Source: Cyanobacteria bacterium P01_A01_bin.123
GTDB lineage: Bacteria > Cyanobacteriota > Cyanobacteriia > Phormidesmidales > Phormidesmidaceae
Length of the DNA: 64,000 bases
Direction: 5' to 3'
Assembly: GCA_039815185.1 (NCBI GenBank)
Contig: JBCBZT010000029.1
Location: 1 to 64,000 of the forward strand
Below the pieces are notes generated by a model that saw only the letters and a list, made by a program, of their open reading frames with translations, was not told the DNA's origin and did no database searches. A program made the translations under genes and the position numbers. This document shows, in pieces, positions 10,108-20,273 of the stretch (position 1 is its first letter; each line of letters opens with the position of its first letter).

Positions 10108-11121
10108 TTAGGCCCGCTGGCTCAATTGATAGGCTTTGGGGCTGACGGCAAACTTGCGGCGAAAGGCATTGCAAAAGGCTTCTGGGCTTTTATAGCCGAC
10201 CGTTGCCGCGACACTAGCAATCGTCAGGTTGGGGTTATGCAACAATTCTTTGGCCTGCTGCAGACGGTAGTCGCGGAGATAGCCAAAGGCGGTCGTGCCA
10301 AACAAATGACGAAATCCCTGCTTCAGTTTGTAGTCGTTGAGTCCGACCTGCCGCGCCAAGCTGATTAGGGAGGGCGGGTGCGTTGCCTGCTGAATTAAAA
10401 TCTCCTTTGCTTGGTGCAGTTGTTCAATATCATGGGCGCAAAGCGACATCGAAGCATTGGGCGTTGAGGCTTCTGTCCAGAGGGCAAACTGAGCCGCGAA
10501 CAGCTCTAGCGCCTTGCTCTCTAAATAGATTTGCTGCATTAACCCGGTATAGGGGCAGTGCAAAATTTGTTGGAGTAATTGCTTGATGGCGGGCGTCATC
10601 TGGCCCAGCGACTGATGGAATCTTTGGGTTCTGTCTCCTTCGAGTAGCTTGCGTAGCGATTGGGATAACGCGGTTTTGCCCGCATCAAACGGGTTGAAGT
10701 AACCAGGGTCAGCATGGAGGTACACAACGTGAATTGGGTCATCACCTGGCCATTTCTCTACCTCAGTGTGGTTCGGCAAATGATAGAGATAATGACAGCC
10801 TTTGACTTCTTCATAGTCGGTATCAATGTCGGTCGCATCTAGCGTTTGCACCCGTGATGAGCCTGATAAATAAAATTTTGCGGTTAATGAGATGCCTGAT
10901 TCATGCCGTCTAAGTCTTTGAATAGTCTGCTTTAACCGACAGCGACGGATGCAAATTGTGAGCCCACTGCGGAGTTGAATGAAGCGATCGCCCCCTTTCC
11001 CAAACTGTTTAGGCAAATTTGCTTGAGTGCCTAACACCATGGGCTGATAGATTGACTCGCCTTGCTGCTGGGCCTGCGCCATCAGATCTTGAATATCAAT
11101 ATCGGTCAGCTTAATTGCCAT
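10108..11121 (-). CDS. AraC family transcriptional regulator, cassette 2
   Basis: Same motifs as 4233..5246. Confidence 0.93.
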   Translation of the reverse strand: MAIKLTDIDIQDLMAQAQQQGESIYQPMVLGTQANLPKQFGKGGDRFIQLRSGLTICIRRCRLKQTIQRLRRHESGISLTAKFYLSGSSRVQTLDATDIDTDYEEVKGCHYLYHLPNHTEVEKWPGDDPIHVVYLHADPGYFNPFDAGKTALSQSLRKLLEGDRTQRFHQSLGQMTPAIKQLLQQILHCPYTGLMQQIYLESKALELFAAQFALWTEASTPNASMSLCAHDIEQLHQAKEILIQQATHPPSLISLARQVGLNDYKLKQGFRHLFGTTAFGYLRDYRLQQAKELLHNPNLTIASVAATVGYKSPEAFCNAFRRKFAVSPKAYQLSQRA

Positions 11122-11253
11122 ACTCGCGTCAGCCCTGAGACTTCACAAATGGGACTAATTCTCATCTGTGAAGTTTAGCAGAAAGCCTCGGTATGATAAG
11201 CGTCTTATCCAAGGGAGAATCGCCATAGTTAGATCATTGGATTATGGCGAAGC

Positions 11254-12318
11254 TCAGTTAGACGAGAGCAGTTGCGCTTTGAGTTCTGCGAGATACAGCT
11301 CCGTGCCGATGGGACCGGGTAAGCCCGCACACAAAACATAGGGTATGAAATAGACTCGTCCTGCTTTACTGGCATCTAGGGATTGGGCGATTGAATTCTC
11401 TGCCCACGCCTGTTTCAACGGTGATAGCTGACGATCTTCAAAATCATCAATCCCCTTGATTTGATCGGCTTGGTTAAAATCGGTGCCAAGCATGAGAATC
11501 AGGTCAGCCTCGTTAAACTGTGACAAGGTTTCAACGGAAATAACGGTTGGAGCATCGCTGTTAGGTTCATCAAAACTGGGCAAGGAAACTAGCTCAAATC
11601 CTAGCTCTCTGACTAGAGATGCACATGCCCCAAACAGCTGATTGCCAAAGTAAATCTCCTGGAGATTGTTTGAGCGGAGCATCAGTACTTTAGGATGAGA
11701 TGCTACGACTGGCGCAAAATTATCACGGGCTGTTGTAATTCGCTGATTCCACTCGACCAATAGCGGCTCAACATTTTCTGACTTGCCTACAACCTGAGTA
11801 ATAGTATTTAAATTTGCTTCTGTGTCAGCCCAGGTTAGCAATAAGGTTGGGGCAATTTGGGAGAGGGTTTCATACTGGTTGGCATTAAATTCACTTCCCA
11901 AAATTAAATCGGGCTGAACTTTAACAATCGCTTCAATTTCTGGTTGACCAGCAAACCCAAGGTTGACTATTTGCCCTGTGATGAGATCGCCAAGATAAGG
12001 AATTTGTCGACTGGGATCAGTATATTCTCCCGTCATCGACGCGAGATAGTCGGCATAAGCAACGGGTTGAACCTCTAAAGCGAGTATGGATTCCAGCATG
12101 GAAGACCCGAGCACCACAATATTTTCGGGTTGCCCACACACCTCGGCCTCTCCCATAATATGTTCAACTGTTTGACAGTCAGTATGGACAGACGGAGCAG
12201 AATATTGGTTTGGGGTTCTCTGACAAGCAGCGATCGCTACTGCAGCCAGTAGGGTTAATCCTAAAACCTTGAGTTGTAGAACTTTTTGCACAAGTTTTGA
12301 ACCTTGTAGAGAGATCAA
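11254..12318 (-). CDS. Iron-siderophore substrate-binding lipoprotein, cassette 3
   Basis: Lipobox IAAC, PEIEAIVKVQPDLILG, LPGPIGTELY. Start uncertain. Confidence 0.9.
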   Translation of the reverse strand: MISLQGSKLVQKVLQLKVLGLTLLAAVAIAACQRTPNQYSAPSVHTDCQTVEHIMGEAEVCGQPENIVVLGSSMLESILALEVQPVAYADYLASMTGEYTDPSRQIPYLGDLITGQIVNLGFAGQPEIEAIVKVQPDLILGSEFNANQYETLSQIAPTLLLTWADTEANLNTITQVVGKSENVEPLLVEWNQRITTARDNFAPVVASHPKVLMLRSNNLQEIYFGNQLFGACASLVRELGFELVSLPSFDEPNSDAPTVISVETLSQFNEADLILMLGTDFNQADQIKGIDDFEDRQLSPLKQAWAENSIAQSLDASKAGRVYFIPYVLCAGLPGPIGTELYLAELKAQLLSSN

Positions 12319-14945
12319 AATGTGTATGAAAGAGATGCTCGCACTGTGAATGGATCGCCTGGAGTAATTTCAGAAAACCTGTTGTTATTCGTAGATTCGA
12401 TGTAATCAACGTCAAATAAATTATCCACATTTAGACGTAGTTGCCAATTATCTCTGCGGTAGAACACAGCAGCATTGGTGCGGAAATAGCTATCTACTTC
12501 AAAACTATTTGCTAAATCCCCTTGTCGTTCTCCCACAAAGTTAAACCCTAAGCCAAAGCCTAACCCCTCTAAATCGCCAGATTGAATTTCGTAGGTCGTC
12601 CACAAGCTGGCGCTGTGTTCCGGGATACCGAATAGTCTATTGCCCACGATGTCTGTATTGTCTGCGGTGACTTCGGCATCAATGTAGGCATAGGAAGCAA
12701 CAATATTCCACCCTGGCAAAATTTCGCCAGTCAAGTTGAAATCGACCCCTCGACTTCGCTGTTCGCCTATCGCAACCGAGCCAGGGAGAGCAGTCGTAGG
12801 ATCGTCTGTTGCCACGTTTTGCTTAGTAATATCAAAGTACGCGAGCGTAGCCGCTAAACGGCCTTCAATCAGTTCAGCTCTGACGCCCACTTCAAACCCT
12901 TCCCCTTCTTCAGGTTCTAGGGGATTACTGTCTACATCCGGTGCCGAATTTGGCACGAAGGAGCGGGAGTAATTGGCATACAGGGAAATCGGTTCAATCG
13001 GTTGGTAAACGATGCCGATGCGGGGGGTTAGAGCATCATCATTTTGATTAGTCTCTACACCAGTGACAACATTAACCACTTCTCGATCAACAGTGTCGTA
13101 ACGCAACCCTGCCACCAGGATTAGGTTTTCCAAAATATCTATTTGATCTTGTAAGTAAATCCCGACCTGAGTTGTCGTTGTATCATTACTAGACAGAACA
13201 GGAAGATTTTCTACATCTGGGGCGACAGCGGCTGAGAAGTTAGGGTCGAAGATATTGATCGGAGTCAAAAAAGTAGGATTAGTAAAATCAGTCCTCGACT
13301 CGACTAAATTTTCCGAGCGAGCAAAATCGACTCCAAGTAAGAGTGTGTGCGTTACAGGGCCTGTATTAAATTCGCCTTGGACGTTGTTGTAGAACGAATA
13401 GGTCTCGTTGTTACCCAACTGGTTTGCAAATATACGATTTAAGATCCCAGTAGATTCATCTAAGAAAAAAGCAAGTGGAAATACCCCATATTTAAACGAG
13501 CCGAAGTCGTAGCGAAACTGACTACGTAGTTGCCAATTGTCACTAAAACGATGCTCAAAAATAGCTCGAACATTTAAGTATTCTTGTTCAACTGTATCTT
13601 CTGGATTGCCAGGGAAGATGCTTTCCTGTGGGATATCGGCAAGGCCATCGCCAAAGGCAAGTTGGCCACCTGCAATAAAAGGATCGTTATCTTCAAGATA
13701 TTCTAGGCCCACGGTTAAATCCGTGCGATCGCCGATTTGCCAAATTACCGTAGGTCCGATAAAGAAGCGATTAAAGCTATCTTCATAGTCTTGAAAAGGG
13801 TCTTCGGTGCGATAGAGGGCATTGAGACGATAGAGTAAGCGACCATCTTCGGTTAACGGCCCCGATAGATCGATGCTGGGACTAATAAAATTCCGGTTTC
13901 CTCCCTGAAATTGAAGATTGTAATAAGGCTCCGATAAGGGCTGCTTGGTGACTAAATTAATCGCACCTCCCGGCTCTGCTAGACCATACAAAACTGATGC
14001 AGGGCCTCTTAACACTTCAACTCGCTCGAGATTAGCCACTTCTGCCTCTGGAGCTGCACCAAATCCACCAAATAGACTAAAGCCATCTCGCAAAACTGGA
14101 GCACGGTCAAATCCTCGAACAGCAAAGTTGAGGTTGCGACTGGCATCATTGCCCAAAAACGTTACCCCTGCTGCGTTTTCGAGCACCTCTTCGAGTGCGA
14201 TCGCCTGCTGGTCTTCAATGATCTGACGGGGAATCACCTGAATCGAATTGGGAATATCACGCAGGAGCGTATCGGTTCGGGTGGCGGTGCTGGCATTGGG
14301 TACAAAGTAACCGTCTTGCTCACCTGTCACCACAATTTGAATTGTGTCGTCTGGGGCTTGAACGGTCGGATCTCCTGGTGTGGCACTGACGGTGAGTTCG
14401 GCTGCCTCAGTGGTGATGTCAATGGCAGGCGGGGCATCGGTTCCTGTAATAGCAATCCGAACTTGGTTGTTAGGCAAATTAGTAACGTTGATCAGGGCAA
14501 TCCCCTCAGCCGGGTCGCTGGCAAAGAATTCGTTGTCTTCTGCTAGTGTTAAAACGGCATTCGGTATATCAGCAATGATCGCATCACCCGTAACCGATGT
14601 TTCAGGCACTGCCAACTCGCCAGTCGTTTCGAGCCGCAGCGTAAAGCCGTCTGCTGTTTCCTCAACCCAAACGTCAGTAATCTCAACCCGCTCAACCCGC
14701 TCAATTTGCGTTAGCCATTCATCGACAGTGGTGGCTGGTAGATCAATGTCATTGACCTCCGGTACCTCGCCAGTCGAAATTGCTGCTTCCGGCATTGGGG
14801 TGTGATTTGTGTTTGGCGCTATACCTTCAGCGATTCTCCGTTGGAGCGGCTCTGCCAACGCCCCCTGCCCCAGCAACAGCCAGAGTCCTATGGTCAACTG
14901 AATTGACCCACTCCCCATCATCCACTTCACACTCATGTCTAACAC
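12315..14945 (-). CDS. TonB-dependent siderophore receptor, cassette 3
   Basis: Plug and barrel motifs; ends SYTF. Start may be ATG 14936. Confidence 0.95.
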   Translation of the reverse strand: MLDMSVKWMMGSGSIQLTIGLWLLLGQGALAEPLQRRIAEGIAPNTNHTPMPEAAISTGEVPEVNDIDLPATTVDEWLTQIERVERVEITDVWVEETADGFTLRLETTGELAVPETSVTGDAIIADIPNAVLTLAEDNEFFASDPAEGIALINVTNLPNNQVRIAITGTDAPPAIDITTEAAELTVSATPGDPTVQAPDDTIQIVVTGEQDGYFVPNASTATRTDTLLRDIPNSIQVIPRQIIEDQQAIALEEVLENAAGVTFLGNDASRNLNFAVRGFDRAPVLRDGFSLFGGFGAAPEAEVANLERVEVLRGPASVLYGLAEPGGAINLVTKQPLSEPYYNLQFQGGNRNFISPSIDLSGPLTEDGRLLYRLNALYRTEDPFQDYEDSFNRFFIGPTVIWQIGDRTDLTVGLEYLEDNDPFIAGGQLAFGDGLADIPQESIFPGNPEDTVEQEYLNVRAIFEHRFSDNWQLRSQFRYDFGSFKYGVFPLAFFLDESTGILNRIFANQLGNNETYSFYNNVQGEFNTGPVTHTLLLGVDFARSENLVESRTDFTNPTFLTPINIFDPNFSAAVAPDVENLPVLSSNDTTTTQVGIYLQDQIDILENLILVAGLRYDTVDREVVNVVTGVETNQNDDALTPRIGIVYQPIEPISLYANYSRSFVPNSAPDVDSNPLEPEEGEGFEVGVRAELIEGRLAATLAYFDITKQNVATDDPTTALPGSVAIGEQRSRGVDFNLTGEILPGWNIVASYAYIDAEVTADNTDIVGNRLFGIPEHSASLWTTYEIQSGDLEGLGFGLGFNFVGERQGDLANSFEVDSYFRTNAAVFYRRDNWQLRLNVDNLFDVDYIESTNNNRFSEITPGDPFTVRASLSYTF

Positions 14946-14954
14946 TCACACCAC

Positions 14955-15054
14955 TAAATAAGAATGCTTACCAATAAGCTCGTGGAGCGATGATAGGAGA
15001 TTAGAGTCTATGTTTTCTTTGCAAATCAGAAATTTTTCTTTGTGAGATAAAGCG
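14955..15054 (-). promoter_or_regulatory. Receptor 3 promoter: Fur-like box and degenerate 21-bp direct repeat
   Basis: TAAATAAGAATGCTTACCAATA near 14955; TTTTCTTTG at 15013 and 15034 (21-bp period). Confidence 0.5.
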
Positions 15055-15063
15055 TTCAGCAAA

Positions 15064-16071
15064 TTAACCGTGTTTTCCGAGCTGGTAAGCCTTGGGACTG
15101 ATGGCAAATTTGCGTCGAAATGCTGTGCTAAACGCCTCCGGGTTGCGATATCCGATGCGTACGGCGACGCCAGCAATCGTCAAATTAGAGTTTCGCAACA
15201 GGTGCTGGGCTTGCTGCATCCGACAGTGATGTAGATAGCCAAATACTGTGGTGCCAAACACCTGCCGAAAGCCTTGCTTGAGCCGATATTCGTTGAGCCC
15301 TACCTGTTGGGCAATATCGCTTAGGGGAAGGGGGTCACTGACGTTTCGCGTCAGAATTGCTTTAGCCGCGTGGAGTTGGTCTAACTCATCTGCGGGTAAA
15401 GGGCGTAATCCCTTGGCGGGTTGCACTTCTGCCCAGTGGGAAAACTGCAATGCCAAGAGTTCCAGGGCTTTGCTTTCCAGATACAGTTGCTGCATCATGC
15501 CCTGATAAGGCGTCTGCAAAATCTGCTGCAATACCTGACCCATTGTTGGTGTGATTTGTCCAAGAGACTGATGAAATCGTTGGGTCTCATCGCCTTCTAA
15601 TAACCGTCTTAGGGTTGGGGCTAGGGGCGTTTCACTGCTACTAAAAGCACGAAAGTAGTCTGGTTGAGCGGAGACCATCACCATTTGATGCAATTCATGG
15701 GATGGCCACTCTTCTACCTCTGCGATGTCGGGCAAGTGATAGAGGTAGTGGCAGCCTGCGGTTTCTACATAGTCAGCTTGGCTGCCTATCGGTCTTTTTG
15801 TTTGTACTCTGGAAAACCCTGATACATAAAATTTGGCAACTAATGGAAAATTAGACTCGTGTTTTCGCTCATGTCTCACCGTCTGCTGCAGCTTGCCCTT
15901 GAGAATTTTAAGGGTTAGCCCCCCTCGTAGATTGATGAGACGCGCACTCCCTTCTCCCAGGCTGGGAGGTAGGCCGTCTTCGCTTTCAAAGTTTGTCCTC
16001 CGGCAAATGGCTGCGCCCTTTTGCTGAGCGATTGTACGGATTTCCAGGAAGTCCTCTAGTGCGATCGCCAT
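15064..16071 (-). CDS. AraC family transcriptional regulator, cassette 3
   Basis: AraC HTH motifs. Start placed at MAIALED by paralog length; the ORF-track TTG extension to 16200 overlaps a Fur-like box. Confidence 0.92.
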   Translation of the reverse strand: MAIALEDFLEIRTIAQQKGAAICRRTNFESEDGLPPSLGEGSARLINLRGGLTLKILKGKLQQTVRHERKHESNFPLVAKFYVSGFSRVQTKRPIGSQADYVETAGCHYLYHLPDIAEVEEWPSHELHQMVMVSAQPDYFRAFSSSETPLAPTLRRLLEGDETQRFHQSLGQITPTMGQVLQQILQTPYQGMMQQLYLESKALELLALQFSHWAEVQPAKGLRPLPADELDQLHAAKAILTRNVSDPLPLSDIAQQVGLNEYRLKQGFRQVFGTTVFGYLHHCRMQQAQHLLRNSNLTIAGVAVRIGYRNPEAFSTAFRRKFAISPKAYQLGKHG

Positions 16072-16231
16072 TGTGCTTTGTTGACCCACTGGGTCTAAAT
16101 GCAATGAATTGTCATTAGAGTAATGCAGTGTTACAAAACTGTAAATGGCTGCATGAGCTGCTGTGTATTTTTTGCTTAGCAACTGCTTAGCTGCGCTCAA
16201 ATACGAAATAGATTTCTGCGCACTCTAGCAT

Positions 16232-17299
16232 CTAATCATGCGGAACTGAGAGTAGTTGGGTTTGGAGTTCATTAAGATACAGTTCAGTGCCGATCGGCCC
16301 AGGTAAACCCAGGCACAGATAGGCCGGAATAAAATAGACCTGTCTAGTTTGGCTGGCATTAAGAGATTGGGCGATCGCATTTTTTTCCCAGTCTTGCTTT
16401 AAGGTCGATAATTGGTGGGCTTCAAAGTGCTCGACAGTATCGAGTTGATTTAGATCGCTGAAATTGCTGCCTAGCAGAATGACTATGTCGGCATCATTCA
16501 ACTGCGGCAGAGTTTCAAGGGAAAGCGGAATCAGTGAATTAGGCTCTGCGTTATCAAATTCGGGCAGAGACACCAGTTGAAATCCCAACGCTTCAATCAA
16601 AGCATGACAAAGCCCATGGGCTTCGTTGCCCAAATACATCTCTTGAAATTTTGAGGCACTCAGTAGCAACACCTTTGGATGGGTCGCAACCAGAGATGCA
16701 AAGCTCTCATACGCTGCCGCTATAGCTTGCTGTGTTTCTGTCAAGAGTTGCTCAGCTTGTTCAAGCCGATCGATAGCTAGACCAATGGTTCTCAGACTCA
16801 TGGCTGAATCAGCCCACTTCACTAACACGGTGGGTGCAATAGCAGAGAGAGCTGCATACTGATTGGCATTCCCATCAGTGCCCAAAATTAAATCAGGCTG
16901 GGCCTTTAGAATGGCTTCAATGGAAGGGGTATAGGCTGAGCCCACATTAATCAGCGGCTGAGTAATACGACTCCCCAAATACGGAATTTGCTGCCTGGGA
17001 TTGTCATAGTCACCTTGATGCCAAGTCATATGATCCCCAAACCCAACGGGTTGAACGTCTAGGGATAACAGGAATTCCAGGGTATAGGGGCCTAGCACGA
17101 CGATCCTTTGGGGTTGCCCACATATTTCAGTTTCTCCCATCTCATGGTGAAGCCTACGACAATCTAACGATGTTGCTGACGGGGCAAGCGGGGCATCGTT
17201 GGTGGCAGCTGGATCATATGTGGTTTGACCACAAGCCGCGATCGTTCCGCCCATGATGGTTATCAATAGCAGATATTTCATAACCGCCAATATGCTCAT
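16232..17299 (-). CDS. Iron-siderophore substrate-binding lipoprotein, cassette 4
   Basis: Lipobox IAAC and the family motifs. Confidence 0.92.
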   Translation of the reverse strand: MSILAVMKYLLLITIMGGTIAACGQTTYDPAATNDAPLAPSATSLDCRRLHHEMGETEICGQPQRIVVLGPYTLEFLLSLDVQPVGFGDHMTWHQGDYDNPRQQIPYLGSRITQPLINVGSAYTPSIEAILKAQPDLILGTDGNANQYAALSAIAPTVLVKWADSAMSLRTIGLAIDRLEQAEQLLTETQQAIAAAYESFASLVATHPKVLLLSASKFQEMYLGNEAHGLCHALIEALGFQLVSLPEFDNAEPNSLIPLSLETLPQLNDADIVILLGSNFSDLNQLDTVEHFEAHQLSTLKQDWEKNAIAQSLNASQTRQVYFIPAYLCLGLPGPIGTELYLNELQTQLLSVPHD

Positions 17300-17432
17300 G
17301 AGTCTTGCCTTTCAACGGGATAATTTATAGCGTTGGCCAGATTGCTGAGTGCACTGAGTATTGCTGGGATGTTGAGACTACAAACAATCTGGCTTGCAGT
17401 CTTGTCTTAACGGAGCTGGCAACTGCCATACC

Positions 17433-19997
17433 TCAAAATTCCACCACAATTGACCCAATGAGGGTAAATGGAGCCCCCGGTTCAAGCCCTGATGTGCGGC
17501 TATTATTACTGGCGGCAATATAATCGACATCAAACAAGTTCTTCGCATTAAGGGCAAATCGCCAGTTATCACGACGATAAGAAATGGCTGCATTGGTCAG
17601 CAAATAACTGTCTAGCTCGAACGTATTAGCTAAATCGCCCTGCCGCTGCCCTACAAAATTGACACCCAACCCGAAGCCAAGGCCCTGCAAATCACCCCCT
17701 TGGATTTCATAGGTTGTCCATAAACTGGCACTATGTTCAGGCGTGTTAAACAAGCGGTTGCCTTCAGCAATGGTGTTATCTGCTGTGACCTCTGCATTGA
17801 CATAGGCATAGGATGCAATTAGATTCCATCCGGGTAAAATCTCGCCCACAATATCGAGTTCAACGCCACGGCTGCGTTGTTCCCCCGTGGCTACTGACCC
17901 CCGTGGGTTGAGCGGATCGGTGGTGGCCACATTTTGTCGGGTAATGTCGAAGTACGCTAGGGTTGCCAATAGATTGCCATTCAGTAATTCAGCTTTGACA
18001 CCCACCTCAAATCCTTCACCCCGTTCGGGTGCGAGCGGATCCCCTGCCGCTGTTGTTGCAATGTTAGGGGTGAAAGATTGGGAGTAGCTGGCAAACAGCG
18101 CTAGCTCATCTACAGGTTGATAGACAATGCCAAAACGTGGCGTCCAGGCATCATTATTTTGAGTAGTCTGAGACCGAATTGGGGCCGCAGGTATTGGGTT
18201 ATTGGTCGTTTCTTGCGATACCGTATCGTACCGAATACCTGCTAGCAGGATTAAACCCTCAAAAAACTCAATTTGATCCTGGAGATAAACACCCAGCCGA
18301 TTGGTTTGGATCGTAGTGTCGCTAAATAGCGGTAGATTATCCCCGTCAATTGGTGCGAGTCCATAGATCGGATTAAAAATATCTAGAAAGGAGGGCGTAA
18401 ATAGATCAAATCTGACAATCTCGTGGTCATAGGTTCGATTCAAATCGACCCCAACTAAAAGGGTATGCCCAATGGAGCCGGTCATAAATTCCCCAATAAC
18501 AGTCGTCTGTAAAGCAAAGTTATCGGTGTCTAAGGTCTGTTGTGAAGGAAACCGAGTCACAATGCCAGTGGCTTCATTAAAGTCCAATGGGATGACGCCA
18601 ATATCAAAAAGATCCCGACTTGAATAGTCGAAAGCATTGCGAACTTGCCAATGATCATTAAATTGATGCGCCAACTCATAGCCCAGTCGGAGCAGATCAC
18701 TATCGGTAAAGTTATCGGGTTCAGCAATGATGCGATCGAAGGGCACCTCAACAACGCCAGTGCCCGATGCCACCAGGCCAGTTTCAAAGGGGAGCCGCTC
18801 GTTGGTATATTCAACGCTAAGGGTCAACTCAGTGCGATCGCTAATCTGCCAAGTCAAGATCGGGGCAACAAAGAATCGTTCAAAGTCTTGCTCAAAATTG
18901 GTAAATCCATCATCTCGAAAATAAGATGCATTCAACCGATACAGTAAACGCCTATCAGCCGTTAAAGGCCCAGTGAAATCTATCTGGGGCTGAAATACTC
19001 CCCGATTACCCACTTGGCCACCAATCTCATAGGCTGGTTCAGTCAACGGTTGCTCAGTGACGAGGTTGATGACCCCGCCGGGTTGAATCTCGCCATACAG
19101 AATAGACGCAGGGCCTTTTAGCACCTCAACCCGCTCGATATTTGTGATGGATGGACTGATGCCGGTGAACCCCCCAAATTCTCTAAACCCGTTCCGCAGC
19201 GTGGGTGCATCAAACCCGCGAATATTAAAATTAAGGCTCGTGCCCACAAAGGTACCGCCAAAGTTCACCCCGCTAATGTTATTGAGGGCTTCATCCAGGC
19301 GAGTCACCTGCTGATCTGCTAACACCTGCTGGGGGATGACCTGAATTGAGGCTGGTATATCTAGAATTGGTGTGTCGGTGCGAGTAGCTGTGTTGGCGTT
19401 GGGTACAAAATAATCTTCTTCATTCTCACCCGTCACCACAATCTGAATCGAGTCATCTTCAGGCGTTTGAGCCGTGGGGCTTCCTGGCATGGCCGTCACC
19501 ATCAAACCAGTCGCTGCCGTGCTGATGGCGATCGTAGGTGGGGCATCAATCCCTGTGATGGCAATCCGCACCTGATTATTGGGCAAGGCGCTAACGTTAA
19601 TTAGGGCAATACCTTCAGCCGGGTTGCTGATGGTGTATTCATTGCCACCTGGCAGGTTCAATACGGCGTTGGGGATATCGGCAACCGTGGCATTACCTGT
19701 GGTTGAGGTTTCCGGCATAGACAACTCACCGCTAGTTTCAAGTTGCAATGTAAAACCAGTGGGGGTTTCTGTAATTTGAACGTTTGTAATTTCGACAAGT
19801 TCAGCTTGGGCAATCTGAGCGGCCCATTCATCTACAGTAGTTGCCGATTGTTCAACCTCGTTGAGTGGCACAGCCGCCGATGGCTCCGTTTCAGCCTGTA
19901 CGGGTTGCAGCCCCAATAGAGCGCAAAGCGCCACCACCCCCCAAGGGACAGTCTGTGCCAATACGCTTAGCGTCTTACCATGTAAGCGTTTCATCAT
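17433..19997 (-). CDS. TonB-dependent siderophore receptor, cassette 4
   Basis: Plug and barrel motifs; ends VVEF. Confidence 0.95.
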   Translation of the reverse strand: MMKRLHGKTLSVLAQTVPWGVVALCALLGLQPVQAETEPSAAVPLNEVEQSATTVDEWAAQIAQAELVEITNVQITETPTGFTLQLETSGELSMPETSTTGNATVADIPNAVLNLPGGNEYTISNPAEGIALINVSALPNNQVRIAITGIDAPPTIAISTAATGLMVTAMPGSPTAQTPEDDSIQIVVTGENEEDYFVPNANTATRTDTPILDIPASIQVIPQQVLADQQVTRLDEALNNISGVNFGGTFVGTSLNFNIRGFDAPTLRNGFREFGGFTGISPSITNIERVEVLKGPASILYGEIQPGGVINLVTEQPLTEPAYEIGGQVGNRGVFQPQIDFTGPLTADRRLLYRLNASYFRDDGFTNFEQDFERFFVAPILTWQISDRTELTLSVEYTNERLPFETGLVASGTGVVEVPFDRIIAEPDNFTDSDLLRLGYELAHQFNDHWQVRNAFDYSSRDLFDIGVIPLDFNEATGIVTRFPSQQTLDTDNFALQTTVIGEFMTGSIGHTLLVGVDLNRTYDHEIVRFDLFTPSFLDIFNPIYGLAPIDGDNLPLFSDTTIQTNRLGVYLQDQIEFFEGLILLAGIRYDTVSQETTNNPIPAAPIRSQTTQNNDAWTPRFGIVYQPVDELALFASYSQSFTPNIATTAAGDPLAPERGEGFEVGVKAELLNGNLLATLAYFDITRQNVATTDPLNPRGSVATGEQRSRGVELDIVGEILPGWNLIASYAYVNAEVTADNTIAEGNRLFNTPEHSASLWTTYEIQGGDLQGLGFGLGVNFVGQRQGDLANTFELDSYLLTNAAISYRRDNWRFALNAKNLFDVDYIAASNNSRTSGLEPGAPFTLIGSIVVEF

Positions 19998-20043
19998 GCC
20001 TTATTCACCCACAACACACACAATTACCTAACTGAATCGCTGC

Positions 20044-20145
20044 TAATGCAAATCGTTCTGATTAGGCAGGTAGGGGCATAATACGGGGCAAAAGCGATCG
20101 CCATCTTTGTGGGTCGGAATTTTTCCTTTGTGTGCCGGAATTTTT
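20044..20145 (-). promoter_or_regulatory. Receptor 4 promoter: Fur-like box, -10 and 21-bp direct repeat
   Basis: TAATGCAAATCGTTCTGATTA at 20044; CTTTGTGGGTCGGAATTTTT / CTTTGTGTGCCGGAATTTTT at 20105 and 20126. Confidence 0.65.
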
Positions 20146-20273
20146 CGGCACAATAGAGTGGTTAGACGATACAGCAGTCACTAGGCTGCTTAAACAAGAC
20201 TGCAAGCCAAATCGCTTGTAGTCTCAGCATTCCAGCGATCCTCGGTGCATTACGCAAACTGGCTAGCGCGATA

